Shown here: positions 1-14,436 of the stretch, piece after piece
How positions within the stretch are numbered: position 1 is the stretch's first letter
How the letters are laid out: the number at the start of each line of letters is the position of its first letter
DNA from: Octopus vulgaris
Taxonomy: Eukaryota
Assembly (NCBI GenBank): GCA_951406725.2
Contig: OX597816.1
Span: 51,894,001-51,958,000, forward strand
Direction of reading: 5' to 3'
DNA: 64,000 bases
Made by a program: the position numbers and the translations under genes
Notes under the pieces: generated by a model
What the model saw: the letters and a program-made list of their open reading frames with translations, nothing else
What the model was told of the DNA's origin: nothing
Database searches by the model: none

Positions 1-488
1 GTGACCGAGTGATTGAATGAGTGGCTGTATGTGATTATATATATATATACTTATATCTACGTATGTACAGCGTTCTATTCTGTCACAGGGGCTTATAATT
101 TAACTGTTTATGTGTGTGAGGGTATACGCCCATTTGTAAGGTGTCGTTTCAAATTCTAGCTTTGATATTCATGAACTTACATGCACACAGAACGCAGAAG
201 GGCTAAGGAGATATCATATCCTATTATCCGCTTGCCTCAGAAGTCAATATTTTAGAAATTTGCTTCTATTGTTTATCATTATATTCATCACTCTCATATT
301 CTACCTAAACAGTAGTGTTCTGTTTCCCACCACCTGCTAATTATTTCGTAGTCTCATATATACATGCTTACATACATACATCGACATACATTCATACGTA
401 CAGACAGACAGACAAAAACGTATATGTATGAATAGTTTTATGTAAGTATATGTATCTATGTACATGATGTATATGTATGCATGTATAA

Positions 489-489
<1 letters not shown>

Positions 490-560
<71 letters not shown>

Positions 561-658
561 GGAAGAGGAAAGATATATACATATAGAGAGAGAGAGATAG
601 ATAGATTGATATATAGATAGATATATAGACAGACAGATAGATAGATAGATAGAGCGAG

Positions 659-740
<82 letters not shown>

Positions 741-800
741 TTAGATAGATAGATAAATAAATAGATAGATAGATAAATTGATAGGTAGGTAGATAGATAC
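490..800. repeat. Compound microsatellite (TA)n/(GA)n/(GATA)n
   Basis: Simple repeats read directly; they explain the IYLS-type ORFs 337..966 and 392..802. Confidence 0.95.
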
Positions 801-1388
801 ATGCAGCACTACCAATACACACAAACACAAATATATGAATATGTATATCATACATATATATGTGTAAATGTAAATCTATATTCACACACGTACACACACA
901 CTCACATACCCCCATACACACACACACACGCACTGTACACACACACACACACACACAGGCACACACATTTTTCAGAAAGTGCAGTTTATCAGCATCTCAT
1001 TATTCCAACCAGACTAACAATCTGTGCAATACCTGACAACTCATGCAACAAACTAAGTTAGCGGAATATTAATTTCGTTATCAGCTTCCTACCGATATTC
1101 CAGTAAAGAAACCACTTCACTGGAATATGGCGTACCCTGTTCTAACTGACACTTTCTAGGAAAATGCTATTTATTGATTAAGCATTCTAACAAACATGGA
1201 CTAGTTTGCTGGCTTTTAATCAAATTAATTAGGCACGATGTGCAACTATTATAATATTGTAATCATACATACATACACACACATACATACGTGATCATAC
1301 AGACACATACACACGCACTCATATACACATACATATCCACTAACAAAACATTATACATGCAAACCACCAAATATCTATTCATGTGTGT

Positions 1389-1446
<58 letters not shown>

Positions 1447-1448
<2 letters not shown>

Positions 1449-1640
1449 GGAGTAAGCTTTACCGGAGTGAGCACATAAATGTGAAACAATGTGGAAAAAA
1501 GAGTACTCAAATACCAGAGGTAGAGTAATATGCTTTATTTAAAAGCAGTAGACATATAACAAAAGCTGTCCGACGAACGGGAACGTTGAACTCTGATTAA
1601 CAGCTTTTGTTATATTTCTGCTGCTTTTAGATAAAGTATA
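1447..1640 (+). mobile_element. Short (TA)n-flanked element: 41-bp hairpin enclosing a degenerate hammerhead-like core (PLE pLTR-like)
   Basis: Arms 1529-1569 and 1600-1640 are reverse complements with 4 mismatches. The loop reads CCGACGA-ACG-GGAA-CGT-TGAA-CTCTGATTA. Confidence 0.5.
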
Positions 1641-1718
1641 TATATATATATGTATATATATACACGTTCATACATATATATAAACACACACAAATATATA
1701 TATATATTCCTTTATTAT

Positions 1719-1900
1719 TTTACTTGTTTCAGCCATTTGACTGCGGCCATGCTGGAGCATCACCTTTAGTCGACTTAGGGTTACTTATTCAACTAGGTTT
1801 ACTCATTTGCTGAACCGCTAAGTTACGGGGACATAAGCATTAGTTGTCAAGCGATGTTGGTGGTGGTGGTGGGGATAAACACAGACATATAAACACACAC
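1719..1900 (-). mobile_element. tRNA-derived SINE family A, 3' part
   Basis: Matches the TTTTACTTGTTTCAGTCATTTGACTGCGGCCATGCTGGAGCA... body seen at 2438-2840 and elsewhere. Confidence 0.8.
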
Positions 1901-1978
1901 ACATATATATATATATCATACAAAAGGAATCTTGCAAAACGAATTCGTTATTTTCTCTCCTTGTTTCTTTCTGCGTTC

Positions 1979-2014
1979 CTTTCTGTGGAAGAGCGTACGC
2001 TCGAAACGTTAAAG
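1979..2014 (+). ncRNA. Minimal hammerhead-like motif with variant core (CUGUGGA)
   Basis: CTTT-CTGTGGA-A-GAGC-GTAC-GCTC-GAAAC-GTT-AAAG: stem I CTTT/AAAG, stem II GAGC/GCTC, palindromic ACGT for stem III. A homolog lies at 32070-32105. Confidence 0.55.
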
Positions 2015-2118
2015 ATTTTTTCACTTCCCGAGAACGAAACTAATACATCTGTTTGTTGTCTACACCACCTATCTTCGTCGTTTTTTTGGGGGGAGGGGGT
2101 TTGTGAATTCTCCCTATA

Positions 2119-2150
<32 letters not shown>

Positions 2151-2437
2151 CATGTATGTTTGTAAGTATGTATACAGGTATGTATATGATGGTATAAAGA
2201 GACATATGCATATTTACATGTGCCTGTGAGAGTATTTGTATTTGTCTTTCTACACCTTTGCAAATGGTGTTGGTTTCTTTATACACCGGTAATCTAGGTC
2301 TCGTTTGACGTTAATACAACCGCTGGAGCCGCATTATTTGACTAAACCCGAGTGCTGCTTTGTCATGATCGCAGCTCGATAACTGACGCATGCAAAATGA
2401 ACGAATAATTTCATACATACATACAAATATATATATA

Positions 2438-2840
2438 CTCTTTTTACTCTTTTACTCTTTTACTTGTTTCAGTCCTTTGACTGCGGCCATGCTGGAGCAC
2501 CGCCTTTCGTCGAGCAAATCGACCCCGGGACTTATTCTTTGTAAGCCCAGTAATTATTCTATCGGTCTCTTTTGCCGAAACGCTAAATGACGGGGACGTA
2601 AACACACCAGCATCGGTTGTCAAGCAATGCTAAGGGGACAAACACAAACACACACACACACACATATATATATACATATATACGACAGGCTTCTTTCAGT
2701 TTCCGTCTACCAAATCCACTCACAAGGCATTGGTCGGCCCGGGGCTATATTAGAAGACACTTGCCCAAGATGCCACGCAGTAGGACTGAACCCAGAACCA
2801 TGTGGTTGGTTAGCAAGCTACTTACCACACAGCCACTCCT
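2438..2840 (-). mobile_element. tRNA-derived SINE family A, full length, with internal microsatellite
   Basis: Minus-strand head with A box TGGCTGTGTGG and B box GGTTCAGTCC, a CORE-like CTTGGGCAAGT, an internal (CA)/(TA) tract and an (AAAAGAGT)n tail. Many copies in the window. Confidence 0.9.
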
Positions 2841-3276
2841 GTATACATACACAAACATACTCTCGATTATATATGCACATTTGTATATTTTATACATGTT
2901 TGCTAGTGTGTTTATGTATGTATGCATTAAAGTATATTCCCCTCCAAATAGATCAGGTTTAATTCGCAGATAGTTACACACTAAATTATATCGTCAATAC
3001 TACCGCAGCAGAAATTAACCTTTCCATATTTAGCGTTACTCCGACAATTTTCCAAATTTATGCGGAGATAATGAATACTATTTATACTTGATTATATATG
3101 CATACTTTCAGACGGCCAGACGAATGCGGTGATAATCCCTTTTAGAAGCTTGTCATACAACAAATAAATTCGCCTCCAAACATTTACATATCTATCTGTT
3201 TATTTGTACATCCCCACCACATAATATATATGTATATGTATATTCATAAGCATGCACATACACACACACACACATA

Positions 3277-4567
3277 TCAGATCATCCCATAAGTTCTGTC
3301 CGATTTTACCCTTTTTAAAATTGAATGAAATTTAATAGTATTTTAGAATGTCTAATGGAATTAAAAATTATTTTTCATGCATTTGTGTACATTTAAATTA
3401 ATTAAATATTAATTTACAGAATAATAGAATTAAAATTTCTTTGATTAAAAGCCTTTCTAACATGGACGTATCCAAAAAGCATTTAAGGCAAATAATGCTT
3501 TATGAGTACAAAAAAGGGAACTACAGCCGAAGCGACTCGAAACATAGACTCAGTTGATGGGAAAGAATGCTTGAATGAAAGAACTTGCAGGAGGTGGTTT
3601 GCAAAATTCAGAAGTGGAGATTTCAACCTTGAAGATGAAGATCGAACAGGACGTCTAGTTGAGTTTGATGATAAGCTCCTTGAGGCATTACTTGAAGAAT
3701 ACCCTGCATTATCAGTTGAAGAATTGGCAATAAATCTTAGTTCAAACTATACAACTGTTCATCATCATCTTCAACAACTTGGAAAGGTCCCTAAACTTGG
3801 AAAATTCATGAGTGCCTCATGAATTGTCCGAAAGCAACCGCAAATCCCGAGTTAACATCAGCTCTTCTCTCCATTCTCGCGAATTCATTTCACCCTCTTT
3901 GGATAGATAAGTGACTGGTGACGAAAAATGGATTTTCTATCGAAATGTTAAACATTGTAAACAGTGGCTTAGTAAAAGGGAAAAAGCTCAAACACAACTG
4001 AAAAGGGAACTTCATGGAAAAAAGCTTCTTCTCTCTATCTTGTAGGATTGCAAAGGAGTAATTCACTTTGAATTGTTACCACCAAATGCAACAATCAATG
4101 CTCGAGTCTATTATCAGCAATTAGGGCGTTTGCACCAAGCTTTGAAGAAAAAATTACCCGCTTTAGTGCATCGAAAAGGAATTATGTTTCATCAGGACAA
4201 CACGCGACCCCACACTCCAAAGATCACATTACAGAAGATCGAAGAGCTTGGTTGGGAAAAATTTTATCATCCACCTTATTCCCCTGATCTTGCTCCTTCA
4301 GACTACCATTTGTTTCGTAGTTTACAGAATCATTTGGGGGAAATAACATTCGCAATGCAGGAGGCGGTCGAAGCTGACATTTCAGAGTTCTTCGCTTTGA
4401 GACTAAAAGAGTTTTACATTGATGGGATTAAAAAGCTTGTAAATAGATGGAAGGAAGTCATAAATAATCAGAGAAAGTTCATTGATGATTAAATTTCAAT
4501 TAAATATAATATTTGATCACTTGTTTTCATTTATCAAAATTCGGACAGAACTTATGGGATTACCTGA
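3277..4567 (+). mobile_element. Full-length mariner DNA transposon (~1.29 kb), inactive
   Basis: TIRs TCAGATCATCCCATAAGTTCTGTCCGA / TCGGACAGAACTTATGGGATTACCTGA, TA on both sides, transposase remnant inside. Confidence 0.95.
3462..4492 (+). pseudogene. Mariner D,D34D transposase pseudogene (frameshifted)
   Basis: HTH (RTCRRWFAKFRSGDFNLEDEDRTGR), VTGDEKW, FHQDNTRPH and HPPYSPDLAPSDYHLF, split over several frames. Confidence 0.92.
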
Positions 4568-5180
4568 TACATGTATATATATATATAAATATATTTGTAT
4601 ATTATAAATATATACATATATATACACGCATACAAATATATTCATGCATAGAAATTTCAAACATCATTTTATCATTCCTACAAAGTGTAATTATTTTAAT
4701 AAAGAAAGTGTTATTTTTCGATAGCGCTTAGCCAAAGCGGCACCAATAACCACAACTAACCTCTTGCTAGGTTTCAATTCCTTTATACATCGCAGTATTA
4801 GCAATATCCAGAAGCGAGGGTGAAGGAACTTTCGATATCCTCTATTTCGAACTCTTACATTACGCTGCAGATCAATACTAAAATTCATTCTAATAAATAA
4901 CTGAATCCGAATAGAATGGCAACGATTACATAACTACTGTTCTTTAGCATATAACTCATTCTGCTTTTGGGAATCGTACAGCCTAAAGTTAAATACCATT
5001 GCAACATATTTTATCTTTCTCAGGCCCTATTCATGGTACATAAATGTTTTATAAATATAAACGAATATGGATAAAACAATTAAACAATTATAAGAGAACA
5101 AATATATTCTGTATGCCAAGTTTCCTATGGGATTTTGAAATTAGTAATTTTGATGAAGTGCAGCCAATTTTAAACTTTTC

Positions 5181-5282
<102 letters not shown>

Positions 5283-5923
5283 TGCACACATACACACATC
5301 TGTGTGTTTGTGTACATACATACATACATACATACATGGCAACATTTTGCTTATGTAATTATTTTCTTTTTGTAACGAGAATGTTTAACTGGAAGTTTCA
5401 ATATCTATTACTTCAAGCAGAGAAAAATTTGTTTGACTTCAGTCAGCATTGTAACTTTCCTTTCGTCGTTAGAGTATTTTTCGATTATCCATATAATAAA
5501 ATTGTTTTTCATACCCTACAAATCGTTTTTGTCTTTATTTTGAGATTTGTATTCCCCTAAGATTCTGAGAATCAAGTGGCAATACGTGATGAAACACCTG
5601 ACACTTATAAGGTTTTCTGTGTTATCTTTTGTGATGATACATCTTTCACTTTGCGACGCCAACTCATCCGTCAATATAAATAATGTAAATATATATATTT
5701 TGCCTTCATACAACTATTTTGATTGGCAGTTAGTCGCACGGATAAAGGAGATAGCACCAACCAATTTCCTATAATGAAGGTGCTGAAAATTCGTGTATTC
5801 ATCTCAACACATAATAGAGAATAGAATCTACAGGAGATGTCTATGGGTGTGTGTGCGTGTGTTTTCATAAACACATACACACACGAATACATACACATAT
5901 ATATCTTTCGTTTCAATCAGTAT

Positions 5924-5984
<61 letters not shown>

Positions 5985-7746
5985 CAGGCAGATAGATGTA
6001 GAAGTATATCTTGAGGCTATTTTACCATTCTAAATTAAGAGCTAGAAAATTAAAACTCGTCTTGATATCAAGATGATTTGATGTGTATATCATTCATAAG
6101 AAGGTAATCTAAACTAAAATAGAAATTCAATTCTCACCTTAGATATACCAAACTACTTATAATTTAATTCACCGTTAACCCAATATACGTCGACTCACTT
6201 CCAACCAGTGTGCCAACAGCATCACTATCGAAATCGAAAGCTGACTGTGCCTGGTGATCTCATAATCCGAGACGATGATAAAAAGCCAATCACAATTCTA
6301 GCGAGGGACAAACTCTGGAGGACCAGATATCTGTTCAAGAACTGATTTTAGCACTCACTAACAGATTTAGCAGTCCACCTTGAAGTTTACGCCATTCGCG
6401 GAAGAGTTGTACAAACCAGGTCTTTTTGTATTTGCTATACTGGTGACATGTAAACCAGTACAGCTCCTGAAATAGACAAGACATCGGTGAGAAAAACGAC
6501 ATCTTATAGACTCATGTGATGAAGAGAGACTAGTAATTATGTATGCCAAAGAGGGTAATAAGCCCTGCACAAATTCAACGACCATCAAGTAATTAAAGAT
6601 GAACCGACAGGACTTGTCAACTTTGGTCGCACTTAGTGTAAGTGAAGTCCAGCACTGCCTTTAACCCACATACAGTAAGCACCTTTGGCTTTGTCAGAAA
6701 AAAAACCATCAAGAAGAAAAAAATCCAATCAAGGATCTACAATTCGAAGGCACTGATGTCAATGTCAGGTTCCTATGTTCATTATTAGATAATGGTAGAT
6801 GTATCTCCAGAGTACATATGTCCGGTAATATCAGTATATGTTTAGGCTAGCGGCGTTGAATTCACCATTTCCAATTTAACTACTACTTTGAAACTCAAGA
6901 TGTGTCTAATCTTATATTCAAAAAGGACTGTCTGGTATTTGATGGAAATTGGTGCTCATGCTAAAACCACTATCTCACTTTACTGATATTGCAAACTGTC
7001 GGTAGAAACAAAATTTCTACAAAAAACTTTGTGAGTGCTTCAACTGGATATTAATATCTCATTCGCAAGGCCGCTATCATTTCAAAAAACACACCTTTAC
7101 TTTTGAAACATATGTTCTTGGAGGTTTTCAGCTTGTTTGACTACTGTAAAGCGTAATATCCTGCTGGATCTTTCCTTTAGCTTTCACTCCCTTATTAATG
7201 TTCCCCTCATTTTGTTGGGGTGGCACAAAAGCGGGTGGGTTTTTCAGCTACTCTAGTCCACCAAATTTTGTTCAGCTATAATTCGACCTGAGAGAAAAAT
7301 GAGTATATGGTAGTTGCAGTTAGTGGTGTGGCTGGTGGTGCTGCCTAATGACAAACCTCGGTGTTCTGCTTATATTTCTCCATTTTCTCATTTGCATTCA
7401 TATGTTTATATATTTTTATTCCTTACTGGTTCTGTTACCCTCTCTTTCTACGTTTCTTGAATTTTCCCACTAAAATAAACTTTAGTAGGCCTTTTCCCCA
7501 ATTTGAGAAGCAGTTCAACATTCTGCTTTGCAATACCAACCTGATGACATTTCCTTTCACATCATGTACACTCTTCTACTCATATATGGTTTTGGGATCT
7601 TCGGTGATCATTAACGATTTACATTCATTAAAACTCCACTCGATCCCACAGTGTTTCTGACCAGACCAGTATCTAAAATTTTCTCGTACTTCACCAAATA
7701 TTTGACAACGAACTAAGATTCAATGTACTTTAACAAATTTGTACTA

Positions 7747-8302
7747 ATGGGTTGACCGGTAAGTTCGTGCCGATTATTAAAGGTCAATAAATACTTCTCA
7801 TTACATTTTTAATCAACCAAATATGAACCATTTTGTTGCACAATGCGTCTCCATATTTTCTTTTAACTTGAAAATACCATCTTCCCAGAATTGAGGTGAT
7901 TTCTTGGCAAAGAATTCATCAAGGTATCCTTTTACGTCATCCAAGGAATTGAAACTTTTACCATTAAGACAATCTTGCAGAGACCTGAATAAGTGGAAAT
8001 CCGAAGGAGCAATATCTGGTAAATATGAAGAGTGGGGAAACACATCCCAACCGAGCTGCAGCAATTTTTGTCTGGTACCCAAAGCTTCAAGTGCCGAAAA
8101 TGAATTTTCTTATCTTCCATTTTAAAGGGTTACCGAAATAACAGAGGTTATAGGAATATAAACCTTCTTCCACGTAAAGATAGCTTAAACTGTGCTCTAT
8201 ATGGAGATGTAGTCAAATCCTATTTTATGGACTCAACCATGTTCTAAAATAAGTCGAAAGGTAAACTACTATAAATCGGCACAAACTTTCTGGACAACCC
8301 AA
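7747..8302 (-). mobile_element. Internally deleted non-autonomous mariner (~555 bp)
   Basis: TIRs (T/A)TGGGTTG.CCGG.AAGTTCGTGCCGATT with TA flanks. N-terminal MEDKKIHFRH is joined directly to the C-terminal KLLQLGWDV.PH..Y.PDIAPSDFHLFRSLQ. Confidence 0.9.
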
Positions 8303-8952
8303 TACATTCCTCTATATATTACAATACCACTAGCACATTGGGGAATGCATGGTGCACCAGTTCAGCTTGCATTTTTCGCCACCTCTCTTCCCAGTTGTAA
8401 AACTGGACACACGGTTTCATAACTATTACTTCGAATGATATTTATATAACCACACACATCGGCCACGGCAACCAATAAATATTTTTTACAGGGAATGGTT
8501 CAACATGCTCCGATTTTAGCAAGGTAACCATTCGATTTTCCGTTCGCAAATAATTATTAAAAAATTCATGAAAAAACAAATATATCTGTAATTAACAGAA
8601 TATTGAAATCCTAATTCTCCCTAGCACGTGCACCTATGTTCTGAAATTACCCGCCAGCATCGGGGTGATTAATGCTAAACTGTTTGTTTGTTTGTTTGTA
8701 TGTGTCTATGTCTGTGTATGTGTGTGTGTGTGTGTCTATGTGTGTGTGTGTCTGTGTGCCTGTGTCCCTGTGTCAGTGTGTGTGTTAGTGTGTGGTCACT
8801 ACTTTCATTTCGCAACAAATGAAAGAGCGAATGTACTTTGTAAATGTCTTTATGGTATTCGCCGTTGATGTTTGGCTCTTTTTTGCTTATGCATATGCAA
8901 ATTTTTCGGTTATCAAATTGTAGGTGTCTGTAATAGTGTGCGTATCTGAATA

Positions 8953-8995
8953 TAACAACAACAACAACAACAACAACAACGACGACGACGACGAC

Positions 8996-9039
<44 letters not shown>

Positions 9040-9118
9040 GGGGGGAGGATGTTGATGATGATGATAATAACACCGACAACAACAACAGCAACAATAACAA
9101 GAGAAGAAGAAGAAGAAT
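8953..9118. repeat. Trinucleotide array (ACA)n/(ACG)n/(ATG)n/(AGA)n
   Basis: Simple repeats read directly. Confidence 0.9.
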
Positions 9119-12100
9119 ATCGTTATATTTATTTGCCGTCCGTGTGAAGAATGCCATATTAAAATCTAGTGTTAAGCATTCGTTTCACTTCTAAGCATTA
9201 TGTGTAGCAAAGAAATATTCATAAATTTAGAAATGATAACGCAAATGTGGTATTATTAGAAGTGGATATTGACACATCTTCTATACATATATATTACTGG
9301 AATTCAGTGGAGTGATTGATACATGCTGTGTTATATGATTACTGAGAACAACGGTTACTAAATTATTGTTCACTACCCAACGTGAATCGCTGTATATTTC
9401 TGAAACTGTCACCAAGCTAAAATATTCTAGTTTTGAAATATGCGGTGAAGTATAAAATGTCTAATACAAAAAGTGATACAAAATGCTAAAAGCATTTGGG
9501 CTACTTCACATATACTGTCAGCAAAACTTGGCAGTTTCTCCAAGATTATTATCATACTTCTATACAATCTCTGGTATTACTTAAGTTTTGATGAATCGCA
9601 AGAAACTATGTAGCAAAGGGCTAGATCTTTTTTTTCTGAAATGCCGTCCACATATTTCGCTTCCTAATTTCGAAACTGGTCAGATATATTTTTAAGTTTT
9701 CTACTTTTTTGTCGTTCGTCACATTTTTAATGTGGACTTAAATAATTTCGCTTATCCCTTTCGGATTGCCGGGTTTCAACCAAACTAAGATATCAACGAC
9801 TAATAAAGCCATTAACTTGTCAAACGTTTTAAATGCTATTAACCCACACACATTGCATGTTGACGCTCACACATCTATGAATTAAGTACCAGTGACTTAC
9901 TGTGGGTTACACAAACGTGTCTGAAAATAATGGTTACTACACGTTATATAAATAAGAATAAAATATTTCTCTCTCTCTCTTCTTTTTCTTCCCTATCCCT
10001 TTCTCTCTAATATCACTCTACGATATTTGAAATATATTGTGAGTATTGATAATGCAAGGCAACGTTGAATGAGAATTTTCGTTAGAAATGATCGAAAGTG
10101 AAGACTTGAATGTCTTTTATTAGATATGCACGATTAGACCTGGCCGAGGGTTAAAAAAACAATAACAACAATTAAGAGCTATATTTCTTAAGAATATGTT
10201 AATAACAAAAGGATGTCTCGATTTGTGCTGAGCAGACGATATCTGAGGGCGAGGGAGAGACCCGATTCTGATTGTACTTTACACTCAATTAATATTTGGA
10301 AATGCATGAAAGTCACAAAATTCAATTCTTATTCAACAATATCGTTAAGACGGTGTAACGATAAAAGAAATCAATATTGATACATTGAAAATATTTTGGA
10401 TAGTTGTATGTCCTTTTTATTAACGGAAGAAGCAATATATTGATATTGTCGATGCTTTTAAATCAATCTTGCATTGTGAAATTATAGATAAAATTATAAA
10501 ATATCTGTATGAAATTCTCATGTATATTTCTGCGTCATATTTATTGCATCATTTAGATCCGACCATACATCATTACAATATATATCTTAGATCATTGCGA
10601 TAAAATCTAGACTGTTTCACAATCACATTCGATCGTTATTAAACAATCAAAATAATTATGACTTAATACGTAGATATATACTTTATTTTGAAACTTATTC
10701 ATACAAATAAATTTCCAATGAAATTTATTACCAATTCACTCTTTAAAGGCAGCAGTAGGTGCTGCAAGGCAAGAGGTGAGCTACCAGGGTACCGAACAGA
10801 CAGTTTATTTGTTAAAGATCCGCTTTAGAAGCAAATGTACTTCATTATCTCAATGAACAACGTTAAACACAATCATTAGTCCTTCCAGAAATGTTACTGT
10901 AAAATATCCTTTAACGTATACCTGCAGACTTCAAACGAAGGACATTGTATTGGATAACATCATAAGATAAGTATGAATTTGAGTACGGGGATGTTCCATC
11001 TGATCTGACTAGGTGTGATACAAGAACATGCAACAGAAATAAGGATTTTATTGGAGTGCCCTCTTGGGGTTTAATGCTTTTCATCTCATATCATCCCAAA
11101 CTGAACACGCGTACGCTCAGAATCAAACCAGCCATAACGTCTCATTTTTCTTTTATATAGATAGGATATTACATTGTTAAATATTTCCAGATATTTAAAT
11201 AGTAGAGAGTCGTTAAAATCATATGTACTTCCTATTTTTCAGTATTGTTCTATTTGATATTTTGTATGTGATATAGTGACGAATACAACAATGACAAATC
11301 TCCACCATGATTCTGAATCATGGTTCAGGCATCGTGTTATACATGTGTAACACCCTAAATTTGAAAGCTCTGAAGGATAATAAACTATTGATGGATTCAT
11401 TACTAGAGTCTTCCATTTAAATGGTCTACATTGTATATTATTAACTAATGTGGTAAGTTCAACCAAATCCTCAAAGTTTCCAATTTACAAACGAACGTGG
11501 TAGCATCTTCAAGAATTCCTTCTAAGAACACTCTAGTAATTTAAAAAGAAGAAAAACTAGAATGGTCACGGCTAAACTGTTTTTGATCTTACCTTAGGTT
11601 TGTTCAATCGGGCTGACTCAGGTTAGAAACATAGAAACAACTAAAAAGCCAACGTGTCACAGTCTCATTAATCAGTCGTTTCCATTTTATATTGCCCAAC
11701 CAGGTCAGCTCATTGGAGAAAATTTATAACTAAAGGTTCTCCAGCCGTAATCATCGCTTCAGATTCTTTACTATATGTGTGCTTTTGAAAATTATTTTTA
11801 AGGGAGATTTGTTTTCATTGAGCTGGTTTGCAGTTATTCGTTGATCTATGGATTTGATAGATTTAAATGACATATTTTACCATGAAACTTAATACATGTA
11901 GTTCACAAATATAACTGGAAATTCATAAAGGTCTGCGGTAAAAGTTATTTTATGTTGTTTGTAAGTTTTAAATTTTTTACGCAGCAGGGAGAAAAGAAAG
12001 CCGATTTGGGCGATTGATCTTCCATGTGAAGGAATATTATATAAACCGCGGAGATTTCACGAACACGCACATGCAGTAGTCAACCAAATGAGAATTCTGT

Positions 12101-12229
12101 ATGCGTTCGATTAACGTGCTAGAATTGGCAGCCACGTTTCACTCAAATCACTTTCATCTTTAAAAAGAAAGTATAGGAAAACGGGGGACGAGAAAGAATC
12201 TGAAGTGGAAGGAATAGAAGAGAAGGTCT

Positions 12230-12290
12230 GTGGTGGAGGAGGTGGAGAAGAAGAAAAAGAAAAAGAAAAAGCAGATGATGATGATGATGA

Positions 12291-12326
<36 letters not shown>

Positions 12327-12516
12327 TGATGATGATGAAGAAGAAGATGATGATGATGATGAAGAAGAAGAAGAAGAAGAAGAAGAAGAAGAAGGAGGAG
12401 AAGAAGAAGAAGAAGAAGAAGAAGAAGAAGAAGAAGAAGAAGAAGAGCAACAACAACAACATCAACAACAACAACAGCGACGACGACGACGACGACGACA
12501 GCAATAACAACAACAA
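12230..12516. repeat. Trinucleotide array (GAT)n/(GAC)n/(GAA)n/(CAA)n
   Basis: Simple repeats; the poly-D/E/K ORFs here are artefacts. Confidence 0.9.
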
Positions 12517-12910
12517 GTAAAGCGAGAGAATGACAAAAAGGAAAACAAAAACAGATGCAGAAAAAGCTGTCAGAAAAAAAATCAGAACTGAAAAGTAATT
12601 TTATGAAATATTGTGGTATTAATCAATGACTGATATTATAGATATCATTGATAAGAAGTTTGAATCAGATGTAATACATCAAATACATGATGATATTCAT
12701 TCAATACAATCGGATATTTCATAAAGAGCCATACTCTAAAGCATTGATGATTGATAATAAATATTATGGCTGATGATTTAGTCTAGCTTGTGAATCATTT
12801 AATAACCAGTGAAAGACACGAGCCACAAGAGAAAAATACTGTATACAATCGTTCTAGACGTAGAAATAATAATATATTTTTCGTCAATGTGAAAGGATAG
12901 ACAGGCATAG

Positions 12911-13230
12911 ACATGGCTGAGAGGTTAAGAAGCCCGCTTTGCATCTGCGTAGTTCCGGGTTCATTCCCACACCGTGGCACCTTGCAAAGGTGTCTTCTAC
13001 TAGAGGCCTGAGCGGACAAAATCCTAGCAAGTGAATTTGGAAGCCTGTCGTGTGTGTGTGTGTGTGTGTGTGTGCTTGTGTGTTTCTTTGAGCATGTGTG
13101 TTTTATGTAGTATTTATTTTCAGTCACCGCTAAATAACTGTTACTGTTTTGCCTTCGTCCACTTAAATTAGCGATTCGTCAAAAGGATCTGATAAAATAA
13201 ACACCAAACTTAAAAATGATCACTAGGGTT
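12911..13230 (+). mobile_element. Diverged SINE family A copy
   Basis: Degenerate head (TGGCTGAGAGG...GGTTCATTCCCAC...GGCACCTTG), internal (TG)n and body. Confidence 0.6.
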
Positions 13231-13837
13231 AATCTGTTTGCTTAAGCAATACATCAAAGGAGGTAATCCGGAATCGGTGCAGTCTAATGACTGATACGAA
13301 ACCAAAAACAAAATGTAAAAGGCGGATAGTGTATCGAATGTATATTTAGTCTGAGTTAAAGATGTGTAGGTTACGGCCGGAACGCATTTGATTATGGGTG
13401 TCTTCCGTGATAATTGGCCTGGGATATACGACAAGTTCTCAGTTTCTCCATCTGGAGAAAGGATAATTACATTATATAGTCTAACTGAATTTTAAAATTA
13501 AACAGGTACAACAATAATTTTTTTTCATTTTCCCAGTAAGTTTGAAGATAGGCGATAGATGAATATTTGACTGATACACTAATCAGGATGAAAGATAAAA
13601 GATAAAATTATGAATGATAAAATTAACTTCGGCAGTATTTGGGCCCAGGACATATGTTATTGTGAGTGGTTGCGAATGTATTTGTGCTCATTTATTTATC
13701 TTGTTTGCCCGTATGATTGTGTGGTTTTTATTTTATTTTATTCATTGGTATACGTTTGTGTATGTATATGTGTATGCGTTTCTGCTTTTGATGACTCCAC
13801 TACCTAAGTTTCTGATTTCTTCGTAAAAGAAGATACT

Positions 13838-14054
13838 TTTTTACTCTTTTACTCTTCTACTTGTTTCAGTCATTTAACTGTGGCCATGCTGGAGCTTTTA
13901 GTTGAGCAAATCGACCCCAGGACTTATTCTTTGTAAACTTAGTACTTATTATATCGGATTCCTTTGCCGAACTGCTAAGTTACAGGAATGTAAACACACC
14001 AGCATCGGTTGTCAAGAGATGTTAGGGGAACAAACACATAAAGCACACGCACAC

Positions 14055-14086
<32 letters not shown>

Positions 14087-14391
14087 GGGAAAACGGTATA
14101 GACGATTTGTTTTGGAGTCTAATAATACAATGTACGATTATGAAGATTTACAAACATACTTTCCCAGTGATACTCGGTTTAACTACCATTATAAACAATA
14201 CTAAATGTTTTTTCTCAAACCTTTCATAATGTGATACAAGTCTTTGGTGTAGCAATTGCATGCGGCTGAAGAGGGCTTTTGAACAATCTGTTATGACGAT
14301 TATTCATTGATGTAAGAAAAAGGTGTTCGTAAAGCTCGAAACATATGTACCGCAATATCTTTTGCGTCATGTTTTTCATTTATTTCATTTG

Positions 14392-14436
<45 letters not shown>

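Noticed and set aside
10740-11160. Splice-like signals (GAG/GTGAGC, CTGCAG)
   Set aside because: All three frames after the putative acceptor hit stop codons quickly.
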